Of a DNA stretch of 64,000 bases, positions 12,091-25,200 are shown in pieces; the first letter of the stretch is position 1; every line of letters begins with the position of its first letter. This DNA is from Cycas panzhihuaensis (lineage: Eukaryota; Plantae; Cycadophyta): the NCBI GenBank assembly GCA_023213395.1, contig CM041465.1:77321741-77385740 (forward strand), in the 5' to 3' direction. A program made the position numbers and the translations under genes. Below the pieces are notes generated by a model that did no database searches, had not been told where the DNA came from, and worked only from the letters and a program-made list of their open reading frames with translations.

Positions 12091-15000
12091 ATGGAGTTGG
12101 CCTCTTGGAACACACGGGGTATAAATGCCCCATCAAAATACAGAATGATCAATGACTTAAGGGGCTAGATGATACTGGACATCTTGTTGATTTAAGAGAC
12201 GAAACTGGTAGCTGAAAACAAAGGGTATGTTAAGAATAAGATTTGGAAAGGGGTTGATTGGATGTGAGATCTTTATTATTGAGGAGCATTTTATATCTAG
12301 TTGCATGACAAGCAAGAATTCCAATCGTAAATGGTTGGTTACTAATGTGTATGCCCCCCTTACGCAAGACAGAAGGAAGCATCTCTGGAGTAGGCTTCTA
12401 GAGGCTCATGTGAATTAGTTTGGACCATGGGTAATAGCAGGGGACTTTAATACGACCTTGTCTCCTGAACAGAAGAAAGGGCGGAAAATTGAATGGATAA
12501 AAAGCATGGAAGACTTGGGGTACTTTATGCAGACGTGTGGGCTAATGGATATCCCCTTACGGGGCCACAAGTTCACTTGGTCCAACAAAAGACTAGGCTC
12601 TTACCATATCTGGGTCAAGCTGGACAAAGTCATAGTCAATTATGATTAGGCTAGCCAACATAGAAACATCAGGTTGGAAGCCCTGCCTAGGACAGTATTT
12701 GATCACACTTCATTGGTGTTGGGATTCGATGAAATAGAGGTTAGGTAAATGCTCCCTTCTGATTTGAACTTATGTGGACAAGAGATCCTAGCCTTTACGG
12801 ACTGATAACTGAGTGGTGGAAGATTTCAGTGTTTGGATGTGCGATGTGGAGATTCTCACAAAAATTAAACTGGGTGAAATGTCAGATCAAAGTCTGGAAC
12901 AAAAACTCCTACAAAGATATTTTTTCCAAAAAGGCTTAGATTCCATAGGAGTTAAATGCCCTTAAGGGAAAAATATAGGGGCAAGTTCACACCCTCAATC
13001 TAGACTAAGATGAAAGAGGCCTTTTGTCTGTTCTAGATGAAGTTTTGACTAAGGAGGAAATCTTCTGGAAATAGAAGTCTAGGGCCTTGTGGTTGGCTAA
13101 GGGGGATAGAAATATAATTTTTTTTCATATGACAACAGTTAAACATAGAGCCTGTAATCATATCAAAGCTTTAATAAATGAGAAGGGGGAGGAAATTCTA
13201 GATCCAGAAAGTATTAAAGATAATGCAATGGATTACTTCTTAGAATTATATAAGGAGTCAGGATGTACAGATGAGGTAATTAGAAGGGAGGCTCTCGAGG
13301 CTATACCAATAAAGATAAATAAAGTTATGAACAGAGCTCTAGAGGCCCCCTTCTCTCAAAAAGAGGTGAGGAAAGCTGTTTTTGGGATGAAGAGGGAGAA
13401 AGCTCCTGGACTCGATGGCTATCTTCTGGGTTTCTATCAGGAATATTAGGAGATAATAAAGGATGACCTTCTAGAAGCTATAAAGGAATTTCATGTGAAT
13501 GGTAAAATCCATGGCAAATGGCAAGCAACATTCCTAGTTCTAATCCCGAAGAAAGGTGACGCTAAGAGGATGGAAGATTTCAGGCCCATCAGCTTATGCA
13601 ATATAAAATACAAAATTCTATCCAAGGTCTTGGCGAACAGGCTCAAAGAATATCTCCCCTCGATTATAGATCTGAACCAAAATGGGTTCGTTAAGGGAAG
13701 ACAAATTCTGGATGGTATCATCGTGGTTCACGAAATGATCCATTCAATCTCCCAGAGGAAGGATCCCAGGATGGTTGTTAAGATAGATCTCTCAAAAGCC
13801 TATGATAGGGCATCATGGGGTTGTTTGTTGGATTGTATCAGCGCATTTGGGTTTGGGAATTGCTGGAGAGCCTGGATTGAGAGTTGCATATTGAGACCTA
13901 GATTCTCTGTGATTATAAATAGATCCTCCTCTGCCTTTTTTTTAGGCTATAGAGGCATAAGACAAGGGGATCTGTTGGCTCCCTACTTATTTATTATAAT
14001 GGTAGAGATCTTGGGTAGGTCTATGGAGGAAGCTAGGGTTTCTAAGAAGATTATAGATCTTAGGCCCACTTCGAGTGTGGATAATATTATGCATTTCCAT
14101 TTTGTGGATGACAATATCCTACTTGGGAAGGCCATGATAAAAGAAGCCAGGGCAATAAAGGCTTAGCTGGAAAGATTTGAAATAACGATGAACCAGAAAG
14201 TAAACCTAGGGAAAAACAACATCTTTTTCTTAAACACCACAGAAAGAACGAAGAGAGCTATCTGTAGGATTCTGGAGATGTTGCCTTAGGAGCTTCCCAC
14301 TCTTTATCTTGGAATGTCCCTCTTTTTAGGCAGAATGGAGAAGGACCTTTGGAACTTGATCATTAGTAGGGTCTAAAGGAAGCTAGCTGGATGGAAAGAG
14401 GCTCTATTGAGCTAGGCTGGGAAATTACAACTTCTAGTTTCTTTACTTTAGAGTATTTTGACATATATGATGTCTTTGTTTAGGTGTCCTGGGAGGGTTA
14501 AGTGTGCTCTTGAATCTATCCAAAAGAGGTTTCTATGGTCTGAGATATAGGACAAGGAGAGAGTCCATCTAGTGTCTTGGGAGAAAGTGTGCCTCTCTAA
14601 ATGGGCAGGAGGCTTGAATGTTAAGGATGTAACAAGTTTTAACAGTGCTCTGATCTCTAAACTTGGTTGGAGCCTTATCTTCATGGAGGAGAAGGCCTGG
14701 TGCAATATTATTGCTCACAAATACCTTAGGAGTAAGCAAGTCCTAAAGGATAATACACCTGGGTCCTAAGGATCAACCATATGGAGGAGCTTAGTATCTG
14801 TGAGAAAAATGTTAATGACTGGGGCCCAATGGAGCTTGGGGGATGGTAAAGTGATAGACTTCTGGGAGGATACCTGGCATGGTAATAAGTAACTAAATAG
14901 ATGGCCTGTTTTTTCTCCCTTGCAACCTACGTGCCAGAGCAGGTATGGAAAAAAGGTTAAGGATTATTGGGAATTGAGTGGGGGAGAGAAGAAATGGAAA

Positions 15001-16224
15001 AAATTTGAAGAAGTCTCTCGGGATATGGGGGATGAGTAGTAAGTTGCAAAGCTGAGGAAAGAGTTAGATAGCATATACATTCCTAGATTTCCAAGAGAAG
15101 ATAATTTGGTTTGGCCAGAGTCCCCCTAAGGGAGATATACAGTCAGATTCGAGTACCTCTCCCTACTGGCAGAAAAAGGTATCACAAAACATAAGCTATT
15201 GGGGAATGTGTGGAAGCTAGGCTTTATCCCTAAGATTGCTATTTTTTGGTGGCTCTGTCTTAAGAATAAGATTCTTACCTTGAATAATCTCAGGAAGAGG
15301 GGATTCCAGCTGGCAAGTAGGTGTGTTCTCTGCTTCAAGAATGAAGAGTCTTTGGATCATATATTTTTGCACTATTCCTATGCAAGAGAGGTGTGGGCTA
15401 AGCTTTGGGGATTATTTGAAGTCTCCTAGGCTATTCCTGAGACAGTCAAGGACCTGGCTGTGGCCTGGGTTTGCCATTTCAAATGCAAGACACTCCAGTC
15501 CTTATGGCTAACAACCCTCCCCACTCTTATGTGGAACTTATGGAAAGAAAGGAACATGTGCATCTTTCAGGATAAGAGAATGTCTAAGTCTAGCTTGTTT
15601 AGGATCATTGTGGCGTCCCTAAAAGAAACCTCCAGGGCAAAAGAAGAATATTCTATTACCCATAATGATAGGAGGATTCTAGCTAGGAGGGGCTTTGGAG
15701 ATATCATGCCCAAGCTAAAAGAGGTTGGACATGGGGGTTGGGACCCGCCACCATAGGACTGGTTAAAGATAAACTTCGACAGTGCGTCAAACGAAAACCC
15801 CAGAGAGGTCAAGGGAGGTTGTGTCTGTAGGGATGGGAGAGTAAAGGCTCTATGTTCCTTTGTTGAGTATTATGGTATATAGATCAATCATAAGACAGAG
15901 CTGAGAGCTATGCATAAAGCGGTAGACTTGGTTACCAAAGTTGGAGGTCCGAAAGTAATAATGGAAGGGGACTCCCTGAACGTGATTAAGTTCATAAAGA
16001 GAGGAACAGAGACAGATTATATGCACCATGCCATGATTGAGGACATGAAGGAGATGCTCTGTAGGATCGAAGAAGTCTAGGTTATTCACACATATAGAGA
16101 AGGGAATAGGATGGCTGGAAACTTAGTTAATTAGAGGGTCCAGCATAAAAGGAATGAGATTTGGAACAATGACTTACCTGAAGAGATAATGGGTCTGGTT
16201 TGTAAGGACTTGGGGTGTTCTTAG
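12091..16224 (+). pseudogene. L1 ORF2 (APE endonuclease - RT - zf-RVT - RNase H), interrupted
   Basis: MELASWNTRGIN; GDFN; FTWSNKR; FRPISLCN; KIDLSKAYDR; GIRQGD; FVDD; CVLC..ESLDHIFLHY; WLKINFDS...MEGDSL...HTYREGNRMA. Confidence 0.92.
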
Positions 16225-17499
16225 AGTCAGTCTCCTATAAATGTCTGGTTTGTGCAAAAGCTAGGTTGTGGGCTTGTCGCAACCGATTTGAGTAGCTATT
16301 TTGGCATATTTTGTATAGGGGTTGGGGTCCCCTTCTAATCCCCATATTTATTTACATCGTATCAAAAATTATACTACATAAGGAGTGAATAAAGTAAATT
16401 TGATCTGTGCATTAGATATAAGTACATTTTTTGAGTTGCATAATATATATAATATATACCATATAACCTTTGTAAATAATTTATATTTGTATTTATTCAT
16501 GTCACATAGTCGCCATTCTATAGCCACCCTAATTTATTAGGTTGTATGACATATTAACTACATAAAGAATATAAATACTACATAGATGTAATAATATATA
16601 AAATAAATAAAATAAATTATATATAGTATTTGATCCACATAAATATGCCATTTATAATTACGTCTTCACACCAATACATAAATACATAAATCACATATAT
16701 ATTGGTGTGAAGAAAATAATACAAACATGAAGTAGAGTTAAGTATTTTGAGTAGTTTAATTGAGTGTGGATAAAGTGGTGATATATCAGAATTAAGGCAA
16801 TATATTCAAGTCAAATAAACCAAGCATAATATATATTAGTTTTATATCGAATTACAAAAATAATCTATATATATCTTATCTACTTAAATCATCACATGTT
16901 AAACCAAGGTGTATTAATTCATTATTATTTCCACTACATTAATTCTCGCTCATAATGACATTAGGCAATCGCCTATGATTGTCAATTTGTCACCTAAATA
17001 AATAAATCAATAGAGGTGTCACCGTAATCAAACAACCTACATACTATATATACCATATAGACATCATTACCTTATACATACACAATAAAAATGTAGGAAT
17101 AATAGTTGTCCTAACCTACTCCAAAAGTTATTGATCATTAAAATGCCACACATCACAATTAGGGGATAACACAACAATTATAAGATATCATAAAAGGAAT
17201 GACTGCCTAGTAATACACCTCAAATTTGCCACCACTATCGTTGCCTATATAATCTTGTAGCATATATTACTAACAACACTACATAATTATTAACGTGTAT
17301 ATTTACTAACCATCAACATCATATAGAGGTGTTATAGCATTACAAAGGGTGCCACTTTATTTTTTAAGAGTATACCACATAGTATAATCTGCCATCTCCT
17401 TTCACGTCATTTTTCACCCCATCTCCCTAGTATTCCATTCGTCTCTTTTATCTCTTGTATACTTTTCTTAAACGAGCTTCAAAGTAGTAGGCATAAGTT

Positions 17500-20400
17500 T
17501 TTAAGAAGATGAATCTATACACAAGAGATATTATATTTATTTTAATGCCTCAAATTATTCTTATATATGTGTGTATATATTCAAAATCAATGTAAGAGAA
17601 TGGGATTATTATTTTAAGGAATAAGATTTGTGTTAGTAGCATTTGATCATATAACACAAAATAAATATGCAATGGAGCTTAAGTATAATGGGGCATTTAA
17701 CATGGGATGATATGATGCAAGTTTTTCTCATGTCATTGTTTTCTAGTTCATATATAGTAATCATATTTATGTTATGGCTAGGAATGATAGGAAGGTGTTG
17801 GTTACACACTTATGGATTGTAGATAGTTTAGCCATTGGAATGTTTGTCGATACTGGTAAGATATTATATAGACTTGTAAGAAATATGATGGGCATCTTAG
17901 GTAGTGTATTTTTATGCATTTGTTTAACTGGATACTAAGGTCAAGATCATCATGACATTATGAGAATGGTTGAAATAATAGGGGCATGATTTATAAATTC
18001 ATTAATTACAAGTGAAGTAACACATCTCATTTGTTACAAGTATGAAGGGAATGAGTATAGGGTTTTTAAACAAATGAAAATAAAGTTAGTCAACTATTTC
18101 TAAAGAAAATTATTTAAAATGTAAATGGGAAGTGGAACGTTTAGAAGTAAAGGTTAGTTCATCTCTATTGACAACACATAATCAATTCTTATATAATTAT
18201 TCTACTAATTTATATGTATCTCTTTCGATAATAAAATTTAAATGTCTTTCACATTCTACGCTAGACAAATTGGTTTTCACAAAAAGAAGAATTGTGAAAG
18301 ATAAAATTTTCACCCAAAGAACATATAAAAGTAAGGATTTATAAACAATTAGAAAGGCATGAGAAGTTATTAGACAAAAAGTGGAGATGAGCATAAAGAA
18401 TTTTTTTAACATTAGTAAATTTTAATGAGGTCTATTTGTTAGTATTAGACAAAAATTAAAAGAACAAGTAAGAAGATTATATGAGTTACATTAAAGGAAT
18501 TCATTTAAAAATTATAAAGGACATATGGATAAATATGTCAACAATGCAGATGTTGATGGCACATTTATATTGAAAGCTAATGAAATATAAGATCATGTAA
18601 TATAGGAAGAAAAAGGGCCTACAAATCAAACACATGATTTGAACATACAAGAAAAAGAAAATAATATATAATAGGAAAATAAGGATAAATTATTATTAGT
18701 TGATAAGGGTTAAATATTAATATTATTTTCAAAAGAAAATATAATAATTTATTAAAAAAAATCAAGTTTATATCAGAATGGTCACTAATTTTAGTAATGA
18801 TATCTTTATTCTTTGATCAATTGAAGAGGAACTAATCAATATTAATAAAATTTATTGATCAGTCTAAATAAAAGATACTAATATCAATAATAATAAGTTC
18901 AATTCTTAATCGATCAAATAATATGAATCAAATAATTATATCATATGTATCTGAAGATTTTTCAGTATTAACAATAATCATTTTTCTTTTTAATAAATCT
19001 GAAAAGTTTTCAAGTATTGGTGTAAAATCATATATTCTAAGATAATATTATGTCTATCAATAGATGGAAGTCAAAGTCAAATGGAAGATACCATGGTAAT
19101 AATCTTCAATTTATAGGCAAAGACATATAGAAATTTAATATTTTTGTAGTCAACATTGTTGGGTGTAATACTCAATTCCATTAGCCTTATGTAAACTCTC
19201 TCTATCTTTTATATTCTATATTAAAGTTGTGGGCCACCTTGATATGTGTGCCACCTCTAAGTAGTCCAATGGTTTGTTGTTCACCATTAGGGTTTGATAT
19301 GCTTGTTATATTACTAATCTTAACAAACATCTACTAAAGTATTCTAATTGGTCTACAGTCACATCAATTTATTCAAGTTTGTCTTTGTATTCATATTTGT
19401 TATTATTTAAAGTTTTAACTATTATGAATCGATGACATATATCAGATGATTATGATTTTTTTTTATCAACAAGAGGTGACATCAAACTAATCTTAATCTT
19501 AATCAAATTTCAAGGATGAAATATGTCAAGGAGGGGGTCTTATTACAAATCACTTTAAATAAAGTAATCAACTAATCATTTGACTATTTCGTTGTCTTGT
19601 TATGAACCACCTTGAATGAAGTAATCAACCAATCATTCAATTATGTTTCATGGGTGAAATGTAAGAGATGAAAGTTGACTATGTTCAAAAATGTTTCTAA
19701 AGATGCTACTGTAATCCTATTAGGAGGAAGTACATTTAGTAATCGTGCTAATGAATTCCATCTATCCTTCACACCATGAAGGTTATTAATGTTTGGTATT
19801 TTTGATTAATTAATTGTAGTGTATACAATCATATGTACCTTCATGTGAGTCAGATAATTATTTATATTTTTAAATTTTCTATTATTTTTTTAGTATCCAA
19901 CTATCTCTTTGTATTTATTCTTAACTTAAAAAATATTCTTTAAGTAAGGAATAGATTTAGGAATAACAAAGATCAAGTTTATTGAAACTCTCTAAGTATT
20001 ACATCCATAACAATTAGAACCTGAGAAGTAATAAGCACAATTATACCTATCAAGGTAAATGCAATCAAGATGTTGAGGATTTTTCAAAGTTATATATATT
20101 TAAGTGGACAATATAATTAATTTCTTCAACAATGCTTATAGTAAACCTTATTAATATAGTTGTTAAGGTCTCTAATAATGGATATGACTCCTAGTGCTCC
20201 CTATTTAGGAAATTTTTTCTTTTCCTTATGGGTGATTATGCATCTATATCTTTTCATGAAGAGTTTGATAGGGAAGTAGAACCAGATAGCTATAATCATT
20301 ATTATGTTGTCCATTCTTTTTATTTTTATCATGTTTGGATAAATCTATTCTTGAGTAGGCTAGATGGATCTACATTAGAAGAATATGGCCTAGATTGCTA

Positions 20401-22250
20401 TTAAACTTGTACCTTGATTGAAGTGTATTAAGCCTAGACTTCTCTCCATTGTTATATTTTTTGGCTCTAATTATAGTAGTAAGAACTATTATAGAAGCTA
20501 GGAACTAGTTTTAAACTCATGGAATCTTTACTAAGAATGATGATAAAGTCAAAAGGAGTCCTCAATAAAGAATATGTAAGAAATCTCAATAATTAAATTT
20601 TGAGCTCTTTGTTATATAGTTTTCCATCACATGTTACCCCTAATAGTATAGTAGTGGTCTCTACTAATCTTTTAGAGGAAGGAATATTATGTACAATAAA
20701 GTAACTTTTTTAGGCTAAGGGATATATTAAGAGAGATTGATGGGGAGGCCAAAGTCTTGAATATCTTGCTTGATATTATAATGGCCATTAAGTTAGATAA
20801 AATGTTTGAAAGAAAATATTATTCAATTATTTGATTCCATATAAGGAATATAGGTCTATGTATAGTGATTTGTTCTTACTAAAGCATGTGGAAGATCTCT
20901 TGAAAGAAATAAACTATGGGAAGGTAATTAATTCAATTATCCAAGAGGCTCTACTTACAAATATAATTGATATGGTGGAACATTTTAGAATGGATCCTAA
21001 TGTTATACAAAATTATTTCATGTAAAGGTACTATAATTCTTTAATAAGTGATCAATGTTTTCATGTTAATTTAAAGAAAGAAAGGAATTGTAATGGTAAT
21101 TAAATGATAATAATGAGCTATTTTCATGCCACTTATTTGCCAAAAAGCCTAAATAAATATTTTAGTATCATAGGCAATGATTAACCAACTCATGTATAAT
21201 TATATATAGCTTGTAATATTTATTAGTTTAAGGTGTGGCATCATAAGGATTTTATAGTTTGAAAATATGGTGTATAAATAGAAGTGATCATAGGTTGTAG
21301 AGTGGTATAATTTACTAGATTATTCTTTAGCTTGAGAAAATAATATTAATGAGATGTGTTAGCTATTGATTATTTCTTATTCAAATTTATAGTCATATTT
21401 TAACTATGTATGTTTAATTAGTTATTTTTATTGAAGTGGAGTAGTAAATGTTTTATAAAGATGTTGGTTTAGATCATAAAATAGAAAACGAGATTATCTC
21501 TAGCATAAGACCATGGAGGAGAATTATTGAGCACGCAAATTCACTCTTAAAGTGATCTCTTAGGATTTATCTTCACCCTAACTAGGGGAAGATCTAGTAA
21601 GGGCATGAACATGTGTTTTATTATTGTTTCAATATCTTTAGACTATTTCAAAGGGGTTAAATTTTAGTTAAGATAGTATGGTGGATTCTTTCTATGTTAT
21701 GGTTTGATTAAAATAATCATTTTTATATGAGTAATGTCTATAGTATTATTGGTTATTTCATGTTTGGATAGGTTTTACATTATATGAAACACACATCCTA
21801 ATAAAGATGAGGGTTATTAATCATATTTATAGTTAAGTGTGGTATGAGACATATGAGTCATGCTTATGTACTACATGGTATAGAACACACATGGACTCAT
21901 AAAGAGATAGTCTTAAGAGATTGAATCAATAGCGGGCATCGATGGTATGTCATTCTATATTAAGTAGATGATTTAATGAATTATAACATAAAATTATCGC
22001 CTAGGATGTGGGCATGAAGTGAATTTTAATAATCATCAATTATATAAATGAATGAAAATTTGAAAAGAGTGACAAATTGTGAAGTTTATGATAACATGGA
22101 AGGTGGTTGTATTCAATTATTAATTCATTCATTTATTCGATCATTAAAATTTAGATTAATTTATAAATATTAGTTTATTAATCTATTTATTATTTTGATC
22201 ATTAATTTATTTATAAATTTATTAATTTAATCATGTATCAATTTATTTAT
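17500..22250 (+). mobile_element. Very old, unresolved LTR-retrotransposon relics
   Basis: Faint Gag-like translations ~18100-18520; PPT-like tract plus LTR-like start at ~19528-19547 and ~21073-21093. No LTR pair found. Confidence 0.3.
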
Positions 22251-22252
22251 TT

Positions 22253-25200
22253 TGTTAAGTTTTAACATAGAAAGTTTCTGATTTCAAATATAATCACAAG
22301 ATCGATAATTAAAGCATAACTTACATTCAATTAATAGAAGTATAACACTAATGCATCATAGATTCAACATGAGTCTTTATGATGAATTGATGCCATATAC
22401 TACCTCAACCATCTTTATATACAAAATAGGTGGGAGGACATACAAGATAAGTAATGTATGTGGGATAAATATCTTTATCCTGACCAATGACATTACACCA
22501 CCTAACTTGACCAATAAGTTTTTATCTTCTCACATAATATTATAATAATTCTTAGACTCTAAGACTTAGGAATATGATTATTAATCTTAGGACACACTTT
22601 ACTTAATTATACACAATATTAAACATTATACTCTAACACCTTCTATTAATATTTAATGTCAAGACTACAAAAAGTGATTGAATATTAAAGACTAATATGA
22701 CGTTTGACAATGAACTTAAGATATTAAACATGACCTCCGATGGACTCTAATTTGATCAACATGTACTTTAATTTCTTTGAATTTACAATATATTAATCTT
22801 GGAAAGGTCTTGAACACAATGTCTTTGACTTGATTTTGGTCTTCAATCTTACAATGTCGCCTTTGGAGTAGTCTTTTAGAGTGATGATTCCTGAATTTTG
22901 TCTTCTTTATCTTCATGTGTAATTAGGAACCTTTTATTACACCAAATGTGTAGTAGATCAAGTTTGAGATGACTTGTACTTGATGAGGACTTGTCAAGTG
23001 TTTCTGTATGTACTTATCAAAGGTGTCTTCAAGGTGTACATCAAATATGTCTTTCATCAGAATTATGGTTACTATCTGTTTGTTTTTATTTTTTTCAACA
23101 TATGAGTGATCAAATAAATAAATGTCAGAAATTAGAGATAAGTTGACAATATCATCAATATCTAAATATGATGACAAGTCATCAAGTGATGAGACAACAT
23201 CACTTGAAGTGTGGAAATTGTATAGGCCATCGTTATGAGCATTATCATTATCATCATTAATGTTTTGTAAGTCAACATCATTTAAGACATAAGTATGAAT
23301 ATCTTCATTCTGCATATGTTTATCTTCAATAAGATCTTCATCAATTTGTAAAAAATTTAGAGTGCAACTAATATCTGAATTAGAAATGACCTCAACAAGA
23401 TTGTTAAATGAACAAATAGACTCTACCTCACCATCTTTGATAAGATCATTCTTAGAAATGACCTCAACAAGATCATCAAATGAACAAATAGAGTATACCT
23501 CATCATTTTTGATAAGATCATCCTCCCATGAAGCAATGAATTCATCAAAATGAGTTTCAATTGCTTCATCATAGTTACTTGTATTAGGTTTAACATGGTC
23601 ATCTACTTCAACCTTGTCACTTGAAGTAGCAGAATTTTGTTGTGTACCTGTAGCCAATTCAACATGTTCATCTGCTTCAATCTTGTCACTTAAAGTAGCA
23701 GAACTTCCTTCATCATCTTGTTTACCTGTGTTATCAATGGAATTGTTTTCTCTTTTAAGAGCCTCTTCCACCTTTTGAAGGCTCTTTTCATACACCTCCT
23801 TCAACAAATTCTAAGCTTTGTTAGCAGAATTAGTACTTTCAAGTACATTGATGAGGAATTGATAGGGAGAAGGAAGATTATCCTTATCGAAGGCTGCAAG
23901 TATTACATCAATGGATATTCTATTTTTCTTTTTGAAAGTTTTCTCTCTTTTTTTATGAGTCATTTCAATACTCATAATTATCTTTTAAATTTTTTTTAAC
24001 ATGAATATACACTCCATCTTAATTTTTTAGATTAAAAAATTAGTGTTGACATATTTGGGCAGGATTATGTTACTATTTGTTATCTAGAATTCATTAGTTT
24101 ATGGTATAAAGATAATAACAACACACAATTCCATGATGTATGAAGAAGTCAATCACAACTATAATTCTCAAGATTCATGCATAAAGAATGGAAAGACCAT
24201 GAATCTGTTCAACATTCATTCAAACATATATTTACGTGATCAGAGAATAATTAAGGGATCCAAGAAACATATTGTTGAATAGAGTCTAAATTCAAAGTAG
24301 AACTCTAGGAACTCCTTACACAAGTGTCTTCCATAGCCTGGAAGAAAAATGAAATATGGGCATCACTGTCTCAAGGAATAAAGATATCATGGATAAGAAC
24401 TCCTCCAACAACAACACATGCCTCAACTCCTATTTAAGTAGACTGTCCCACTTGTGTATCAATAGCATGTAGTACCATAAATTTTCTCTATTCAGTAAGA
24501 GCACTAATTACAAGAGCATTCTTATTTGCAAGAGGTGCAATCTATAATATGTTCAAGTGCATTCTCAGTTCCATGCACAAACAATATTTTAGCAATCTAT
24601 AATGCATCAATAGAGGTAAATTTGATCTCAGTATTAATAGTTTGGGAGTAATCAATAACTGGATTTCAAGCACTTGGAGATGCAACTAGTTCTTCCACCT
24701 ATGTATCAAAAAAATAGCCAGTTTGTATACCTCATGAAATATTGCTTCAAAAGTTTTGAATGTTTGAAACTTTTAGACACCTCCTTAGTTCACAGTGATT
24801 ATTAGGTTGTCTGGATTTGATCGAATCCTCTTTAAATTCCTTTGAATGACTTGATCTAACTAAAAACATGCATGATGATGAGCATTTTGTTTGCACACTA
24901 ATTTGTATTTCCAAATCTTAGATGAAAAGTCTTCTTCTAATTCTTGATTAGAGTTGATTAAGTTATGATCTCAAGATACTCCATCAGTTAACAACAACCT
25001 ACTCATTCACTGGTTCTCTACCACTGTTCGTAGATCCATCTTCCATCCCTAAAAAAACTATATGGTCAAGACTGCAATAACCTCTCCAATACTTTAAAGG
25101 TTAATCTTGGCCCTCATTGTCCGTTTGAATATTCCTCAATAGCTCTTAGATCACCAAATTCTTAAATGATGGTTACTTCTTAAATAACTAAATTTACATC

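Larger units (their letters stand above)
10058..16367 (+). mobile_element. Full-length decayed plant L1-clade LINE with RNase H
   Basis: ORF1 + ORF2; 3' end TATCAAAAA; candidate decayed TSD ATTACACTACACAA (10044-10057) / ATTATACTACATAA (16368-16381), 12/14 with two transitions. Confidence 0.9.

Noticed and set aside
22351-22545. Paralogous small ORFs at 22351 and 26625
   Set aside because: They are the two LTR copies of one element; no protein motif.
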